Shown piece after piece: positions 30,611-41,563 of a DNA stretch of 64,000 nucleotides; the first letter of the stretch is position 1, and the number at the start of each line of letters is the position of its first letter. The notes under the pieces were generated by a model, which did no database searches, had not been told where the DNA came from, and worked only from the letters and a program-made list of their open reading frames with translations. Source of the DNA: Candidatus Asgardarchaeum abyssi (lineage in GTDB: Archaea > Asgardarchaeota > Asgardarchaeia > Asgardarchaeales > Asgardarchaeaceae); assembly GCA_040225955.1 (NCBI GenBank), contig JBECUL010000001.1, forward strand, positions 39,452 through 103,451. The letters run 5' to 3'. Position numbers and translations under genes: made by a program.

Positions 30611-31210
30611 TCACTTTAATAAGAAAATATCTCTAAATATTTTTCTTTTGGCTAATACCTTAAACTTACTTTTGAACGTTTCTTTAGCTCTTTCTTCTAG
30701 ATATTCTTTATTAAAAAGTTCAGTATGATTTTTCCAGAAATTCACTATCTTTTTAGCTTTACCCCATTTCTTAAGAATTATATTTATCAGGAATATTTCC
30801 TCGAGAGGGGTGATGTATATGGATCGTCCTTTGATTTCCATTTTAGTGCAATTTTTTAAAAATCTCTCATTAAAATCCTCAATATAAGTACCTAACTCCC
30901 CCTTTATTCTTAAATTTCCGATAATCTCAAATTGGGAAGATTTTATTTTAAAAACCCCAAAATGGCCGCAGATGTTACCCTTACTAGTAAAGATAACTGG
31001 TTTTACTGTGAAAGGCTCTAAAATCTCACCAATGGCGTATGCAATTTTTGCAGATGTGTTTATCTCTATATTATCGGTTGTCTCATCTATTCCAAGTAAT
31101 ACTTGAGATGCCCCTCCACCCACGCTCCAAAACGTAATAAATTCATGCACCCTATCATAAAATTTAACAATAGATTCAACGACTTCCCTTTTGTTCATTA
31201 CTAACACCAA
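30611..31210 (-). CDS. Nucleotidyltransferase-fold hypothetical protein
   Basis: WSVGGGASQVLLGI..TDNIEI resembles the GG/S..DxD NTase motif with substitutions. Confidence 0.5.
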   Translation of the reverse strand: MVLVMNKREVVESIVKFYDRVHEFITFWSVGGGASQVLLGIDETTDNIEINTSAKIAYAIGEILEPFTVKPVIFTSKGNICGHFGVFKIKSSQFEIIGNLRIKGELGTYIEDFNERFLKNCTKMEIKGRSIYITPLEEIFLINIILKKWGKAKKIVNFWKNHTELFNKEYLEERAKETFKSKFKVLAKRKIFRDIFLLK

Positions 31211-31362
31211 ATTCTAAGTATAGTCTAGTAAAATGTTAATAATGTTATTAATATATATGCTTTTTTAATGTCATAAAAGATTAACTTACTATATAAGTAT
31301 AAGTAATAATGTTATAAAGTAATAGCAACTAATATTTCCTTTAACCAAGTATTACTGTAATT

Positions 31363-31689
31363 CTAAGGCATAGAAACTTCTTGGTCCAGCCACTTTAAAT
31401 ACTCAGGATTCCCTCCTGTCACAGGACTTGCCATTATTTCTGGAACTTTGTAAGGATGAACTTCTATAATTGTTCTCTCTAACTTTTTGTAAAGATCTTT
31501 TTTCGTTTTTATTAGTAATAAATATTCAGTAGCTTTTTCGATCTTCTCTTCCCACCAGTATAAACTAGTTATAGGCCCGATTATCTGAATGCATGCTGCT
31601 AATCGCTTATTTAGTAGAGCCTGTGCTATTTTCTCTGCATCTTCATAAGTTTCCACAGTTGTTAAAACTTGAATATATTCAAAATCCAT
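31363..31689 (-). CDS. cutA: Divalent-cation tolerance protein CutA
   Basis: LAACIQI, SLYWWE, HPYKVPEI, YLKWL. Confidence 0.95.
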   Translation of the reverse strand: MDFEYIQVLTTVETYEDAEKIAQALLNKRLAACIQIIGPITSLYWWEEKIEKATEYLLLIKTKKDLYKKLERTIIEVHPYKVPEIMASPVTGGNPEYLKWLDQEVSMP

Positions 31690-31940
31690 AACATCACCTC
31701 GTCATTTTTATTCACGTTATCACATAGATTGAAAATTTATAATAATTGTTCTATGAAAAATAGCGATATCAACACAGAAAGGTATTACTTTAAATAAGAC
31801 TGAGAGGAAAATAAATAGGATATTACTATGATAATCCTTAGGGAATATAACGCAAAGAAATATCTAAAATCCTGTGTTCGAAGTAATCTGCTATTATGGT
31901 GAGCATTGATTACTTTATTAATCACATATCAAATAATTTA

Positions 31941-31960
31941 TGAAAAACCTTGGTTTTTCA
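31941..31960. promoter_or_regulatory. Perfect 9-bp inverted repeat (possible operator)
   Basis: TGAAAAACC-TT-GGTTTTTCA between tfx and cutA. Confidence 0.35.
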
Positions 31961-31996
31961 GCATATGAGAGAATCTGACCGACATTCGTTTGGTAA

Positions 31997-32443
31997 TTAT
32001 TCCCTGGTTTCCTCCTCCACCCAGAAATCCCCGTCTATCATTATATAAACGACTACCTCTTTTGCTAATCTTGTTCCTTTTATTGCGTTTGGAACCTTAT
32101 ATCTGATTTCGTCATAAATCCTCGTAAAATTGGCTCTTAGTTTAACATTATGTTTATCAGCCTCGTCAACAATAATCTTAGGTACCTCAATTAAGCGAGT
32201 CCCCGGGGATAAATGTATCTCACAAAGTATACCTTGATGCTTAGCCACCTCAAGTGTAGCTCGGGCTATTTCTATGTTTTTCAATCCTCTTTTTTCGAGT
32301 ATATATACGTTCTCTCTTGTTGTACCAAGCCTTTTAGCTATCTCTTGGTATGATAATCCCTTACGACGAAGGCTTAGTACCTCTAATTGTCTTTCTGTAA
32401 GCAAACCGAAACTTTTCTTCTTTCTATCAACCATTTTTAGCAC
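31997..32443 (-). CDS. tfx: Tfx family DNA-binding transcription regulator
   Basis: LTERQLEVLSLRRKGLSYQEIA..TTRENVYILEKR..NIEIARATL; PGTRL..P; ADKHNVK. Confidence 0.9.
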   Translation of the reverse strand: MLKMVDRKKKSFGLLTERQLEVLSLRRKGLSYQEIAKRLGTTRENVYILEKRGLKNIEIARATLEVAKHQGILCEIHLSPGTRLIEVPKIIVDEADKHNVKLRANFTRIYDEIRYKVPNAIKGTRLAKEVVVYIMIDGDFWVEEETRE

Positions 32444-32694
32444 TGTCCAATGTATATAAATATGTATGTTTATCTCTAGTAATTATTTTTACATAAATAT
32501 TTTGATTAAATTAATAAATAATTGATAACTGATAAAAATCTCGTGAGCCAATAACAAGCTTACTATTATAAGTTGTTAAAAACATTTTTAAATGAAATCA
32601 GTTAAGTGAATTAAAAAACATATTTTCCCTGCGTGGGAGAATATAAATATTCTGAAATAAATAGTAGTAAATGTAGTAAATATAAGTAGTTAAG

Positions 32695-34257
32695 ATGGTG
32701 AGAAGTGTGAACAAAGATATCAGAAAAGTTATAATATCGCTGCTTTTGTTCCAGATGTTAATTATTGCTGCCGTAAGCGTAATTTCAGCTCAGGAAGTGT
32801 ATGAACCAGCGGTAGTTAAAGAGTTCAAGGAACCACAGTTCACTATTAAAGGACTTGGATGGGATGGGCAATACATAGTTATCCTTGATTACAAGTATAA
32901 TGCTACAGCGGATAGGTATGATTACTTCATACTAAAGATGAATACAAAGACTTGGGAGATCATAGAAAATAAAAGTATTGACATATATAGCTATGGCTGG
33001 GTAAATGGCTTTTATGTTAGTGACGGAAAGTATTATACTTTAAGTACAAACTGGACTTCAACTGGCGCAAAAATTTACATATTAGTAATTAATAGTAATT
33101 ATGAAATCGAAACAGTTCATAATATAACAAGCATTCTAGCTGGTAAAGTTGAAGAGCTTTTAGGCTTTGCATACGATGGTACTTACTTTTGGACATCTCA
33201 AATGACATTTGAAAAAAATAAAACATACCTTTTAGGAATTGATGTCGCAGAGGAAAAAATTGCAAAGAACATTACAATTCAGGCTCCTTCAACACTTAAA
33301 TGGCCCGAGTACTATTTAACAGCAATATCCTATTATAATGATAAGCTCTTGGTTGTGGATTCCGAGAATCGTCTGCTTAGAATTCTTGCAAATGATACAG
33401 CCAAAGAGGTAACGAATATTACTGCTTGCGTGGAACAATATTTTGTTGGTAAAAACATTACTGATTATTACTTAGAAGGCTTTACAGTCACACCTGAATA
33501 TATTTGGGCATCGTTTTATTATCACAATAATACTGATGAGTATATTGTATTCTTTGGGTTTGCAACTACGGAAATATTTCCTACAGAAGGCCCTTCTCCA
33601 GGAACTGCAACACAGGCATATACTTCGGCTGTTAGTGGTATTATAGCTGCATCTGCATCAGCCGTTGCCACTACAACAGTTTCAGCAGCTGCAGCTTCTG
33701 CAGCTACAGCGGCTCCAGCAGCTGCTGGAGTACCTACGATCCAAAAAGAAAGTTTACTTGATCAGCTTAAGAGCTTATTCAAGCTACGAAAATTAAAAGA
33801 TCTCTTTAGAAAGAAGAAAAAGAAAGAAGAAGAGGAGGAGGTTCTTAGAAAGCCAAGCTTTCCATTAGCGGCGGGAATTATCACACTGTTTGGTCTTATA
33901 GCAGGAGTTATACTAGTTACGGGAGTGCTTGGAAGGTTTGAGTCAACAACAGTGCTTTCTGGGATCTCTGCAAGTATCGGATTTCCGATGTCCATCTTTG
34001 GTCTGATTTCAAGTATCGTGATACTGTCATTATATATGAGGAAGAAACTTCAGCTAACAACAATGACAAAAATAATGACAATAATCTCATTGATAGCATC
34101 CATCTATGGTTTATATGCATCACCGCTAGCATTAACTGCCATATTAACACTATCTATTTCAATAGGATATATGATTGTTGCAGCCATATTTACTCTCTTC
34201 TTGGCAGGGACCCAAATATTAGACTTTATCAGCTTAGTGGAAAGTATCTCGCAATAG
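32695..34257 (+). CDS. Cell-surface protein: signal peptide, beta-propeller-like domain, Ala-rich segment, K/E tract, C-terminal multi-TM
   Basis: GLGWDGQY and GFAYDGTYFW repeats, many NxT/S sequons, poly-Ala, KKKKKEEEEE, about 4 C-terminal TMs. Confidence 0.7.
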   Translation: MVRSVNKDIRKVIISLLLFQMLIIAAVSVISAQEVYEPAVVKEFKEPQFTIKGLGWDGQYIVILDYKYNATADRYDYFILKMNTKTWEIIENKSIDIYSYGWVNGFYVSDGKYYTLSTNWTSTGAKIYILVINSNYEIETVHNITSILAGKVEELLGFAYDGTYFWTSQMTFEKNKTYLLGIDVAEEKIAKNITIQAPSTLKWPEYYLTAISYYNDKLLVVDSENRLLRILANDTAKEVTNITACVEQYFVGKNITDYYLEGFTVTPEYIWASFYYHNNTDEYIVFFGFATTEIFPTEGPSPGTATQAYTSAVSGIIAASASAVATTTVSAAAASAATAAPAAAGVPTIQKESLLDQLKSLFKLRKLKDLFRKKKKKEEEEEVLRKPSFPLAAGIITLFGLIAGVILVTGVLGRFESTTVLSGISASIGFPMSIFGLISSIVILSLYMRKKLQLTTMTKIMTIISLIASIYGLYASPLALTAILTLSISIGYMIVAAIFTLFLAGTQILDFISLVESISQ

Positions 34258-34348
34258 CTTTACTTTCTTCTATTATTTTTTTTGTTAATTCATTGCACCT
34301 AAATATAATCTAAGATATATAGACATTAACAGTGATGGACGTGCGTGT

Positions 34349-35512
34349 ATGAACGAGATTGACAATCAAATAAAAAATGAGAAAATCATATTAATAGCTA
34401 TTATGTCCCTCTCATTTATGTTTTATACATCAATGTTCTACGTGTCACCTCTAATACCAGATATAATTACAGATTACAATGCAAGCTATGTAACAATTAG
34501 TTCATTGATGTATCTTCTATTTATACCGCAGATCATTTTCTCAATATATGCCAGTTCATTAATTTCAAGATTTAATGAGAAGGTCGTTGTGTTTTTAGGG
34601 ATCATTTTTATTTCTCTTGGAGCTCTAATTTTTGCAATAGATTATCATTTCGTATTTCTTCAAATTGGACGATTTATAATAGGCGTTGGTGTAGCACTAT
34701 CCTTCGTTGCTGCTATGACTTTTGTTTCTAAATACTTTGGAGAGAAAAAAAGAGCTACCGCATCTGGCTTTATAGCACTTACTTACTCGCTCTCTATTCT
34801 ATTCTCATTTAATATATTTGGCTGGGTTGCTGCATCTATTAACTATAAATATTCCGCTTGGCTTATGTTCATGCTTAGTTTAGCCATTGGTGTACCTTTT
34901 AGCATTGCTATTAGATGCTTCCCAACAGTAAGTGAAAAATCCATAAAAATGGTTAATTTCATGAAAGGATTAAAAAATAAACAGATGCTAATGCTTGCAC
35001 TGCTTTGGCTGGCATTGAATATGGGGATTGGTGCTTATTTGACGTGGATAAAAGTATTTTTGATGAGTTATAAAGGCATAAGTCCTATCTTAGCTGATTT
35101 TTTATCGAGCATGATGATGCTACTTGGCTTCCTCAGACCTCTTGTGGGTATGCTATCTGATAGACTAAAGAAGCGAAAGATATTCATAACCACCTCAACT
35201 TTTGGATATTCGATGACCGTTTTGCTACTTCCCTTTTTGGAAGGGGCTCTAATATATATTGACTTTCTTGTAATGAGCATTGCTAGCGTATTTGTTGCAC
35301 CAATTGTTTTAGCTCTTCCTGGCGATATTATGAAGGAAGATGCTGAAGTAGGATATGGGATTCTTAATACCAGTGCAAATATAGGATACCTAATAGGGCC
35401 TATCATAACTGCATATTTATTTGACACCACAGGGTTGCTTATTGGTTTTATTTCAATAGGTCTTTTCTTTATGCTCTCATTTATATTATCTACCTTTTTA
35501 AAGGTCGATTAG
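34349..35512 (+). CDS. MFS transporter
   Basis: About 12 TMs, GRFIIGVG, GMLSDRLKKRK. Confidence 0.88.
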   Translation: MNEIDNQIKNEKIILIAIMSLSFMFYTSMFYVSPLIPDIITDYNASYVTISSLMYLLFIPQIIFSIYASSLISRFNEKVVVFLGIIFISLGALIFAIDYHFVFLQIGRFIIGVGVALSFVAAMTFVSKYFGEKKRATASGFIALTYSLSILFSFNIFGWVAASINYKYSAWLMFMLSLAIGVPFSIAIRCFPTVSEKSIKMVNFMKGLKNKQMLMLALLWLALNMGIGAYLTWIKVFLMSYKGISPILADFLSSMMMLLGFLRPLVGMLSDRLKKRKIFITTSTFGYSMTVLLLPFLEGALIYIDFLVMSIASVFVAPIVLALPGDIMKEDAEVGYGILNTSANIGYLIGPIITAYLFDTTGLLIGFISIGLFFMLSFILSTFLKVD

Positions 35513-35781
35513 ATTAATTAGTCTATGAATTTTAGAAAATATATTCTAAGGTTTTTTGGTAATGGTAATCATATAATAGGTCTTGCGAACTTGTTGAACC
35601 ATGTGTTCATGAAAGGATTTTCGCTTAAATTTTACTAATTATGCGACAATCTTGTACTTCAAAAGAATTATCCAAAAAATCTAATTAAGAGAAATGTATT
35701 AAAATGATAATATAGTAAGTGAAAAAGATACTACATGTTTGTAAAAATCTTCATTTCTTATCTTAGAAAGGTGATTAACTA

Positions 35782-37839
35782 ATGACGAGCAAGATAAATG
35801 TCATATGTCCCTACTGTGGTGTAGGATGCGGTGTTCATATTGTGGTGGATGATTACAAAAAACCAATTAAAATAGAGTATTGGCATGATCATCCCATAAA
35901 TAGGGGTAAACTTTGTCCAAAGGGTAATACCGTATTAGATATCATTCGTGCTCCTGATCGTCTAAAGAAACCACTAAAGAAAGTTGAAGATGGTAAGTTT
36001 AAAGAAATTTCGTGGAACGATGCCATAAGAGAAATAGTAGAAAATCTAAATAGTATTAAAAAGGAATATGGTCCTGATGCGGTAGGATTTTTATCATCCG
36101 CAAAATGTTTTAACGAAGAAAACTATCTGATGCAAAAATTTGCAAGAGTTTTTGGGACAAATAATATAGATCACTGTGCAAGGTTATGTCATGCATCAAC
36201 ACTCTATGGCTTAGCTATTACTACGGGTGCAGGTGCTCAAACAGCATCGTTTGAAGATATTGCTAAATCGAGTTTCGTATTGATATGGGGTTATAATCCC
36301 GCCGAAACTCATCCAGTATTAATGGGACAATATATACTAAAAGCTCAAGAGAATGGAGGTAAGATAGCAGTAGCTGACCCAAGATATACATTAACAGCAT
36401 GGCATGCAGACTATTATTTGCCAGTAAAGCCTGGGACAGATATACCTGTTATTAATGCTATGATTAACGTCATCATAAGTGAGGGACTATATGATAAAAA
36501 ATTTGTTTCAGAGAGAATAAAAAACTTTGATGAACTATCTAAATCGGTTTCTAAATATACACCTGAATATGCAGAATCAATAAGTGGTGTACCTGCTGAT
36601 TTAATACGAATAGTTGCAAAAGAATTCGCTACGGCGAAAAAAGCGTCACTTTTATGGTGTATGGGCATAACGCAACATATATGTGGCGTTAAAAACGTTA
36701 TGGCTCTAGCGAACCTAGCTGCAATATGTGGATATTATGGAAAAGAAGGTTGTTGCGTAAGTGGCGTCAGAGGACAGAATAATGTTCAAGGAGCATGTGA
36801 TATGGGTGCGCTGTCAGATTTCTTACCAGGTTATGCGAAAGTAACTGATGATACTAAAAGAAAAAGAATTGCTAACTTGTGGGGCCTAGACGACTTACCC
36901 TCAACACCTGGATATACAGCACCTGAAATGTCATCTGCTATTGAAACTGGTAAACTAAAAGCAATGTACATTATGGGTGAAAATCCTGTAGTAAGTGAAG
37001 CGAATACAAATCATGTTAGAAAAGCGTTATCAAAATTAGATTTCTTGGTAGTCCAAGACATATTCTTAACAGAAACAGCAGAATATGCAGATGTTGTCCT
37101 ACCAGCTGCATGTTGGGCCGAGGAAGAAGGGTCAATTACTAATGCTGAGAGAAGAGTACAGTGGAGTTTCAAAGTATGTGATCCGCCTGGTGAAGCAAAA
37201 CCTGATTGGTATATAATAATAAAAATTGCAAAGGCTCTTGGGTTAGAGAAGTTTTTCCCATACACACGCGTTGAAGATATAACTGCTGAAATAAATAAAG
37301 TAGTTCCTCAATACGCGGGCATAACAGCCGAACGACTTAAAAGTAACATAGGGGGAGTATATTGGCCATGCCCGTCTCCTGACCACCCTGGTAGTAAGAT
37401 TCTTCATGTAGACAGATTTCTTACTCCAGATGGGAAGTTTAATACTCAGATAGTTGAACATCAAGATCCTGCTGAAGTGTGTGATACAGAATATCCACTG
37501 TTACTTACAACATTTAGATACTGTGGACAACATCATACAGTAACCATGACAAATAGAAGTAAACTTCTTGTAGAGCGGTGGCCAGAACCCGTAGCAGAAA
37601 TACATCCAAAGACTGCCGAGCAGTATGGCATAAAGGATGGTGCACAAATTAAAATAGTTACAAGGCGTGGTGAATATGTGTGTCGCGTAAGAGTTACGTC
37701 TTCTGTATGTGTAGATACAGTAGCTGTTCCTTGGCATTGGGGTGCAAATGTATTGACAAATAATGCTTTAGATCCCATTGCAAAGATACCTGAAACAAAA
37801 GTTTGTGCATGTAAAATAATGTTAATTGAGTGGGGGTGA
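35782..37839 (+). CDS. fdhF: Formate dehydrogenase alpha subunit (Mo/W-bisPGD, Cys-type)
   Basis: CPYCGVGC..LCPKG, DHCARLCHAS, RGQNNVQG, PETKVCAC. Confidence 0.95.
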   Translation: MTSKINVICPYCGVGCGVHIVVDDYKKPIKIEYWHDHPINRGKLCPKGNTVLDIIRAPDRLKKPLKKVEDGKFKEISWNDAIREIVENLNSIKKEYGPDAVGFLSSAKCFNEENYLMQKFARVFGTNNIDHCARLCHASTLYGLAITTGAGAQTASFEDIAKSSFVLIWGYNPAETHPVLMGQYILKAQENGGKIAVADPRYTLTAWHADYYLPVKPGTDIPVINAMINVIISEGLYDKKFVSERIKNFDELSKSVSKYTPEYAESISGVPADLIRIVAKEFATAKKASLLWCMGITQHICGVKNVMALANLAAICGYYGKEGCCVSGVRGQNNVQGACDMGALSDFLPGYAKVTDDTKRKRIANLWGLDDLPSTPGYTAPEMSSAIETGKLKAMYIMGENPVVSEANTNHVRKALSKLDFLVVQDIFLTETAEYADVVLPAACWAEEEGSITNAERRVQWSFKVCDPPGEAKPDWYIIIKIAKALGLEKFFPYTRVEDITAEINKVVPQYAGITAERLKSNIGGVYWPCPSPDHPGSKILHVDRFLTPDGKFNTQIVEHQDPAEVCDTEYPLLLTTFRYCGQHHTVTMTNRSKLLVERWPEPVAEIHPKTAEQYGIKDGAQIKIVTRRGEYVCRVRVTSSVCVDTVAVPWHWGANVLTNNALDPIAKIPETKVCACKIMLIEWG

Positions 37840-37845
37840 ATATGT

Positions 37846-38361
37846 ATGCAAAAGCGTGTTTTTATAGACCCTAGAAAATGTATTGGTTGCAAAGCATGTG
37901 AAGTAGCGTGTGCACTGGAACATGAAGGTCATTCACTTATTAACGTATACCTTGTTGAGGTAGCTCATATAGCTGTACCATTGAATTGTAGACATTGTGA
38001 AAAGGCTCCATGTATGGCTATATGTCCTACAGATGCTATTAAGCGTGATTATGATGGTGCAGTAATAATCGATTATACTCGATGCATAGGATGTGGATTA
38101 TGCAATATCGTATGTCCCTTTGGTATACCTGAGTTACATAAAGAATTTAAAGTTGTGATTAAGTGTGACATGTGTGCTCATCGTAGGGCGAAGGGATTGC
38201 TTCCCGTGTGTGTAGAAACTTGCCCAACCGATGCATTGTCTTTTGGACTTGTTGAGGAGTATGAGAAAGCTAAACGAGAAAAAGCAGCATTAAGAATAGC
38301 TACTGAGGCTAAAGGTGGTGAACCTAGCAAAGAAACTAAAATTTATTTTGGCTTAAAGTAA
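37846..38361 (+). CDS. hycB: 4x[4Fe-4S] electron-transfer subunit (HycB/HyfA-like)
   Basis: CIGCKAC, CRHCEKAPC, CIGCGLC..CP, KCDMC..CVETCP. Confidence 0.9.
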   Translation: MQKRVFIDPRKCIGCKACEVACALEHEGHSLINVYLVEVAHIAVPLNCRHCEKAPCMAICPTDAIKRDYDGAVIIDYTRCIGCGLCNIVCPFGIPELHKEFKVVIKCDMCAHRRAKGLLPVCVETCPTDALSFGLVEEYEKAKREKAALRIATEAKGGEPSKETKIYFGLK

Positions 38362-38377
38362 AAGAGGGGAGGCTCAA

Positions 38378-40612
38378 ATGCCCGATGCCATATCAACACT
38401 TATTTCTTTCTCTTTTCATCCCTATCTTTATATTTCAATTTACCTTTTTTCCGCACTAATGTCGTTACTTTTATTTTCAAAGCCTAAACTGAATATTAAG
38501 ATATCATATAGTTTGTGTGCTCTAGCGTCATTAGTAGCATTATTTTTCTCATCTTATGCATTAATCACAAATAACTATCCTATCGTAATAAGTGGGATCA
38601 AAATACCTGGATTTGAAAAGTATTTTGGTGATGCTGGTTTTTTCTCATTTTATTTGGATGCACTCTCCCTTTTCTTGGTAATTGTAATATCATTAGTAGC
38701 TTTTTATACTTCCGTTTTCTCAATGGGCTATACAGAAATGTATATTGGGGAACATAGCATATCTTACTTAAATTTCTTTTATGTAACATTTATTTTATCA
38801 ATGATACTGGTAGTGCTGACGAATGATGCACTATCCTTCTATATATGCTGGGAATTAATGACGATAACATCTTATATGCTTGTTGGATATGAGCATTTAA
38901 ATAAAGAAAACAGAGATGCTGCGAAAATATACTTCATAATAGCTCATATGGGCGGTGCATGTATCCTTTTAACTTATGCAATTTTAGTGCTATTCACTGG
39001 CTCATTTTCCTTTGTTGCTTTTAGGGCTTACTCATTAAAACTATCCATGGATATAGCATCAATAATTTTTGTCTTAGCTTTGGTAGGTTTTGGTTCTAAA
39101 GCTGGTATTGTTCCATTTCACGCATGGTTACCTCTAGCACACCCAGCAGCACCAAGTAATGCATCAGCACTGCTAAGTGGTGTGATGATTAAAGTGGCAA
39201 TATATGGACTTATTAGAGTTGTATTTGATTTCTTAGAACCTGCTGGATTTTTAGGAGAAGTTTGGGGTTGCACGGTATTGCTTGTGGGAGCTTTGTCAAC
39301 TATTATAGGTGTGCTTTTTGCTGTTGTGCAAAATGACGTTAAGAGATTATTGGCGTATAGCAGTATAGAAAACATTGGCATAATCCTCTTAGGGGTCGGA
39401 ACTGGAATATTGCTATATGCTATGGGCTCTCCTGGATATGCCTGTTTGGCCTTAACGGCTGGTTTATATCACCTATTAAATCATGCTGTTTTCAAGTCCT
39501 TATTATTTCTAGGTTCTGGTTCGATTGTTAAAAGTTGCAAAACTAGAAATTACGAGCTTTTAGGTGGTTTGTCAAAATATTTGCCATACACTTCAATAAT
39601 GTTTCTCATAGCTGCAATATCCATTTCAGCAATTCCGCCATTTAATGGTTTTGCAAGTGAATGGTTAACTTATCAATCACTGCTTATTTCTGCTCTATTA
39701 GCTCTTGAAGCAGCACCCTGGATATCATACGTTGCCATTTTCTCAGTCCTTATACTTGGCTTGGCTGGAGCTCTAGCAATAATGTGCTTCACTCAAGTTT
39801 ATGGAGTAACATTCTTAGGACTTCCAAGGCATGTAAAACCCAAACGAAATGAAACTCATTCAATGAAAATAGGCGTAATAGTTCCAGCGATAGCATGTAT
39901 CTTGCTTGGGTTATTAATGCCTTTCGTGGTGACATTTATTGGTTCGGTGGTATCGCATATAGTGGGAGCCTCTATTCCTACTGGTGCTAACATATTTACT
40001 ATTCATTTAATATCTACTACTATACAAGCCCAGTTATCTTTACCAGGCATGGCTTTAGTAGTAGGGTTGATATCTCTTCTTATTGGATTAATCATTTATT
40101 CTAAAAAGGTTAAAGTAGAGAAAACAGATCCGTGGGTGTGTGGTGCAAAATATGCACCTGAGGTGATGGAAGCTACAGCTACAGCATATACGTCATCAAT
40201 AAGATATTTATTTGGCAATCTCTATGGATTAGAGCTCAAGGAACAAAAGGAATACAGCGTAACTCCAATTTATTATAGTAAAGTATCCTATGAGGTTAAG
40301 TTTAATCCTAAAATTGAAGCATATACTCGTATTGCGGTATCAGGCCCACCTTACACCACTACTGGCAGATTACCTAAACTGGCGATAACAATAGAAAGAT
40401 TATTCTATAAACCGTTTATAAGACCAATAATAGGCATATTAAGGATTAAACCAGAATATGAAGAAAGAATAACATTCTCTCCTATAGCAAAAATATTTAC
40501 AAAACTTGGTGAGTATGCTAAAAAGATTCAGATAGGCGTCTTGTACTTCTACATGCTATATATTCTCATAGCAGTAATATTTCTACTTATTCTTGCGGTG
40601 ATGTTGCCATGA
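38378..40612 (+). CDS. hyfB: Hydrogenase-4/FHL antiporter-like membrane subunit B
   Basis: WELM, KAGIVPFHAWLPLAHPAAPSNASALLSG, LAYSSIENIG, PPFNGFASEW, PWVCG. Confidence 0.88.
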   Translation: MPDAISTLISFSFHPYLYISIYLFSALMSLLLFSKPKLNIKISYSLCALASLVALFFSSYALITNNYPIVISGIKIPGFEKYFGDAGFFSFYLDALSLFLVIVISLVAFYTSVFSMGYTEMYIGEHSISYLNFFYVTFILSMILVVLTNDALSFYICWELMTITSYMLVGYEHLNKENRDAAKIYFIIAHMGGACILLTYAILVLFTGSFSFVAFRAYSLKLSMDIASIIFVLALVGFGSKAGIVPFHAWLPLAHPAAPSNASALLSGVMIKVAIYGLIRVVFDFLEPAGFLGEVWGCTVLLVGALSTIIGVLFAVVQNDVKRLLAYSSIENIGIILLGVGTGILLYAMGSPGYACLALTAGLYHLLNHAVFKSLLFLGSGSIVKSCKTRNYELLGGLSKYLPYTSIMFLIAAISISAIPPFNGFASEWLTYQSLLISALLALEAAPWISYVAIFSVLILGLAGALAIMCFTQVYGVTFLGLPRHVKPKRNETHSMKIGVIVPAIACILLGLLMPFVVTFIGSVVSHIVGASIPTGANIFTIHLISTTIQAQLSLPGMALVVGLISLLIGLIIYSKKVKVEKTDPWVCGAKYAPEVMEATATAYTSSIRYLFGNLYGLELKEQKEYSVTPIYYSKVSYEVKFNPKIEAYTRIAVSGPPYTTTGRLPKLAITIERLFYKPFIRPIIGILRIKPEYEERITFSPIAKIFTKLGEYAKKIQIGVLYFYMLYILIAVIFLLILAVMLP

Positions 40613-41559
40613 GCGGTTTATCATTATCCTATAATATCTTATTTGGGATAATTCAAGGAATATTATTACTCATACTCGCCCCGCTTGTATCTGGGTTATG
40701 TAGAAAAATTGTTGCTAGGCTACAACAACGTATTGGACCACCCATAACTCAGCCATTTAGAGATATTCGCAAGCTGTGGTCAAAGGAGAGTGAGTCTAGG
40801 CCAAAGGTACACACTTGGATATATACTGCCACACCAGTGTTTTTCTTATCATGTGCTATCTTTTTAGCATCAATAACCCCAGTTTTTATTAATTTAAGCA
40901 ATCCTTTAGCAGATATAATTCTTATAATCTATATTTTTGCATTGATAAGATTTCTGCTATCTATATGTGCATTTGATACTGGATCGCCTATGGCAGTCGC
41001 AGGGGCTTGGCGTGAGAATACAATAGCTGTGATCATTGAAATATTAATGCTATCAGCGTTATTTATACCTGCATTAGAATGTGGATCTACTAACCTCTAT
41101 ATAATGGTAGAATATGTCTATAAAAATTGGCCTACCTTGTGGAGTAGACCATCCTACATTACTGGAGCCCTCATCTTCTTTGTTTGTATGCTTATAGAAT
41201 CTGGAACATTACCATTTGACATCGCAGAGGCGGAGCAAGAAATTCAGGAGGGTCTGTTACAAGAATACTCTGGAAGGTTATATGCAGTGATGAAGTTTTC
41301 TCATATGATTAAGAATTTGGTTATTTTTACTATATTTATAGACGTCTATATGCCCTTTGGTATAGCTTTTGTCCCTATATTATCAGATATATTAGTAGGA
41401 GCTTTAGCTTATCTGGCTAAATTATTAGTATTAACAATTGTTATTTCATTGATTATGATATCTAAAGCGAGGCTTAGGCTTGTAGATTTGCACAAGTCCC
41501 TCACATTTCTCTTTATATTTACAATTTTCGCATTTGTATGTTATTTTATCGGATGGTGA
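40609..41559 (+). CDS. hyfC: Hydrogenase-4/FHL membrane subunit (NuoH-like)
   Basis: ARLQQRIGPP, LPFDIAEAEQE, EYSG. Confidence 0.9.
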   Translation: MSGLSLSYNILFGIIQGILLLILAPLVSGLCRKIVARLQQRIGPPITQPFRDIRKLWSKESESRPKVHTWIYTATPVFFLSCAIFLASITPVFINLSNPLADIILIIYIFALIRFLLSICAFDTGSPMAVAGAWRENTIAVIIEILMLSALFIPALECGSTNLYIMVEYVYKNWPTLWSRPSYITGALIFFVCMLIESGTLPFDIAEAEQEIQEGLLQEYSGRLYAVMKFSHMIKNLVIFTIFIDVYMPFGIAFVPILSDILVGALAYLAKLLVLTIVISLIMISKARLRLVDLHKSLTFLFIFTIFAFVCYFIGW

Positions 41560-41563
41560 TATA

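Noticed and set aside
35591-35609. SurR-like site upstream of fdhF (AAC-N5-GTT)
   Set aside because: Lacks the GTT-N3-AAC core; too short to distinguish from chance
36170-36200. Selenocysteine in formate dehydrogenase
   Set aside because: The active-site codon is TGT (CARLCH); no in-frame TGA
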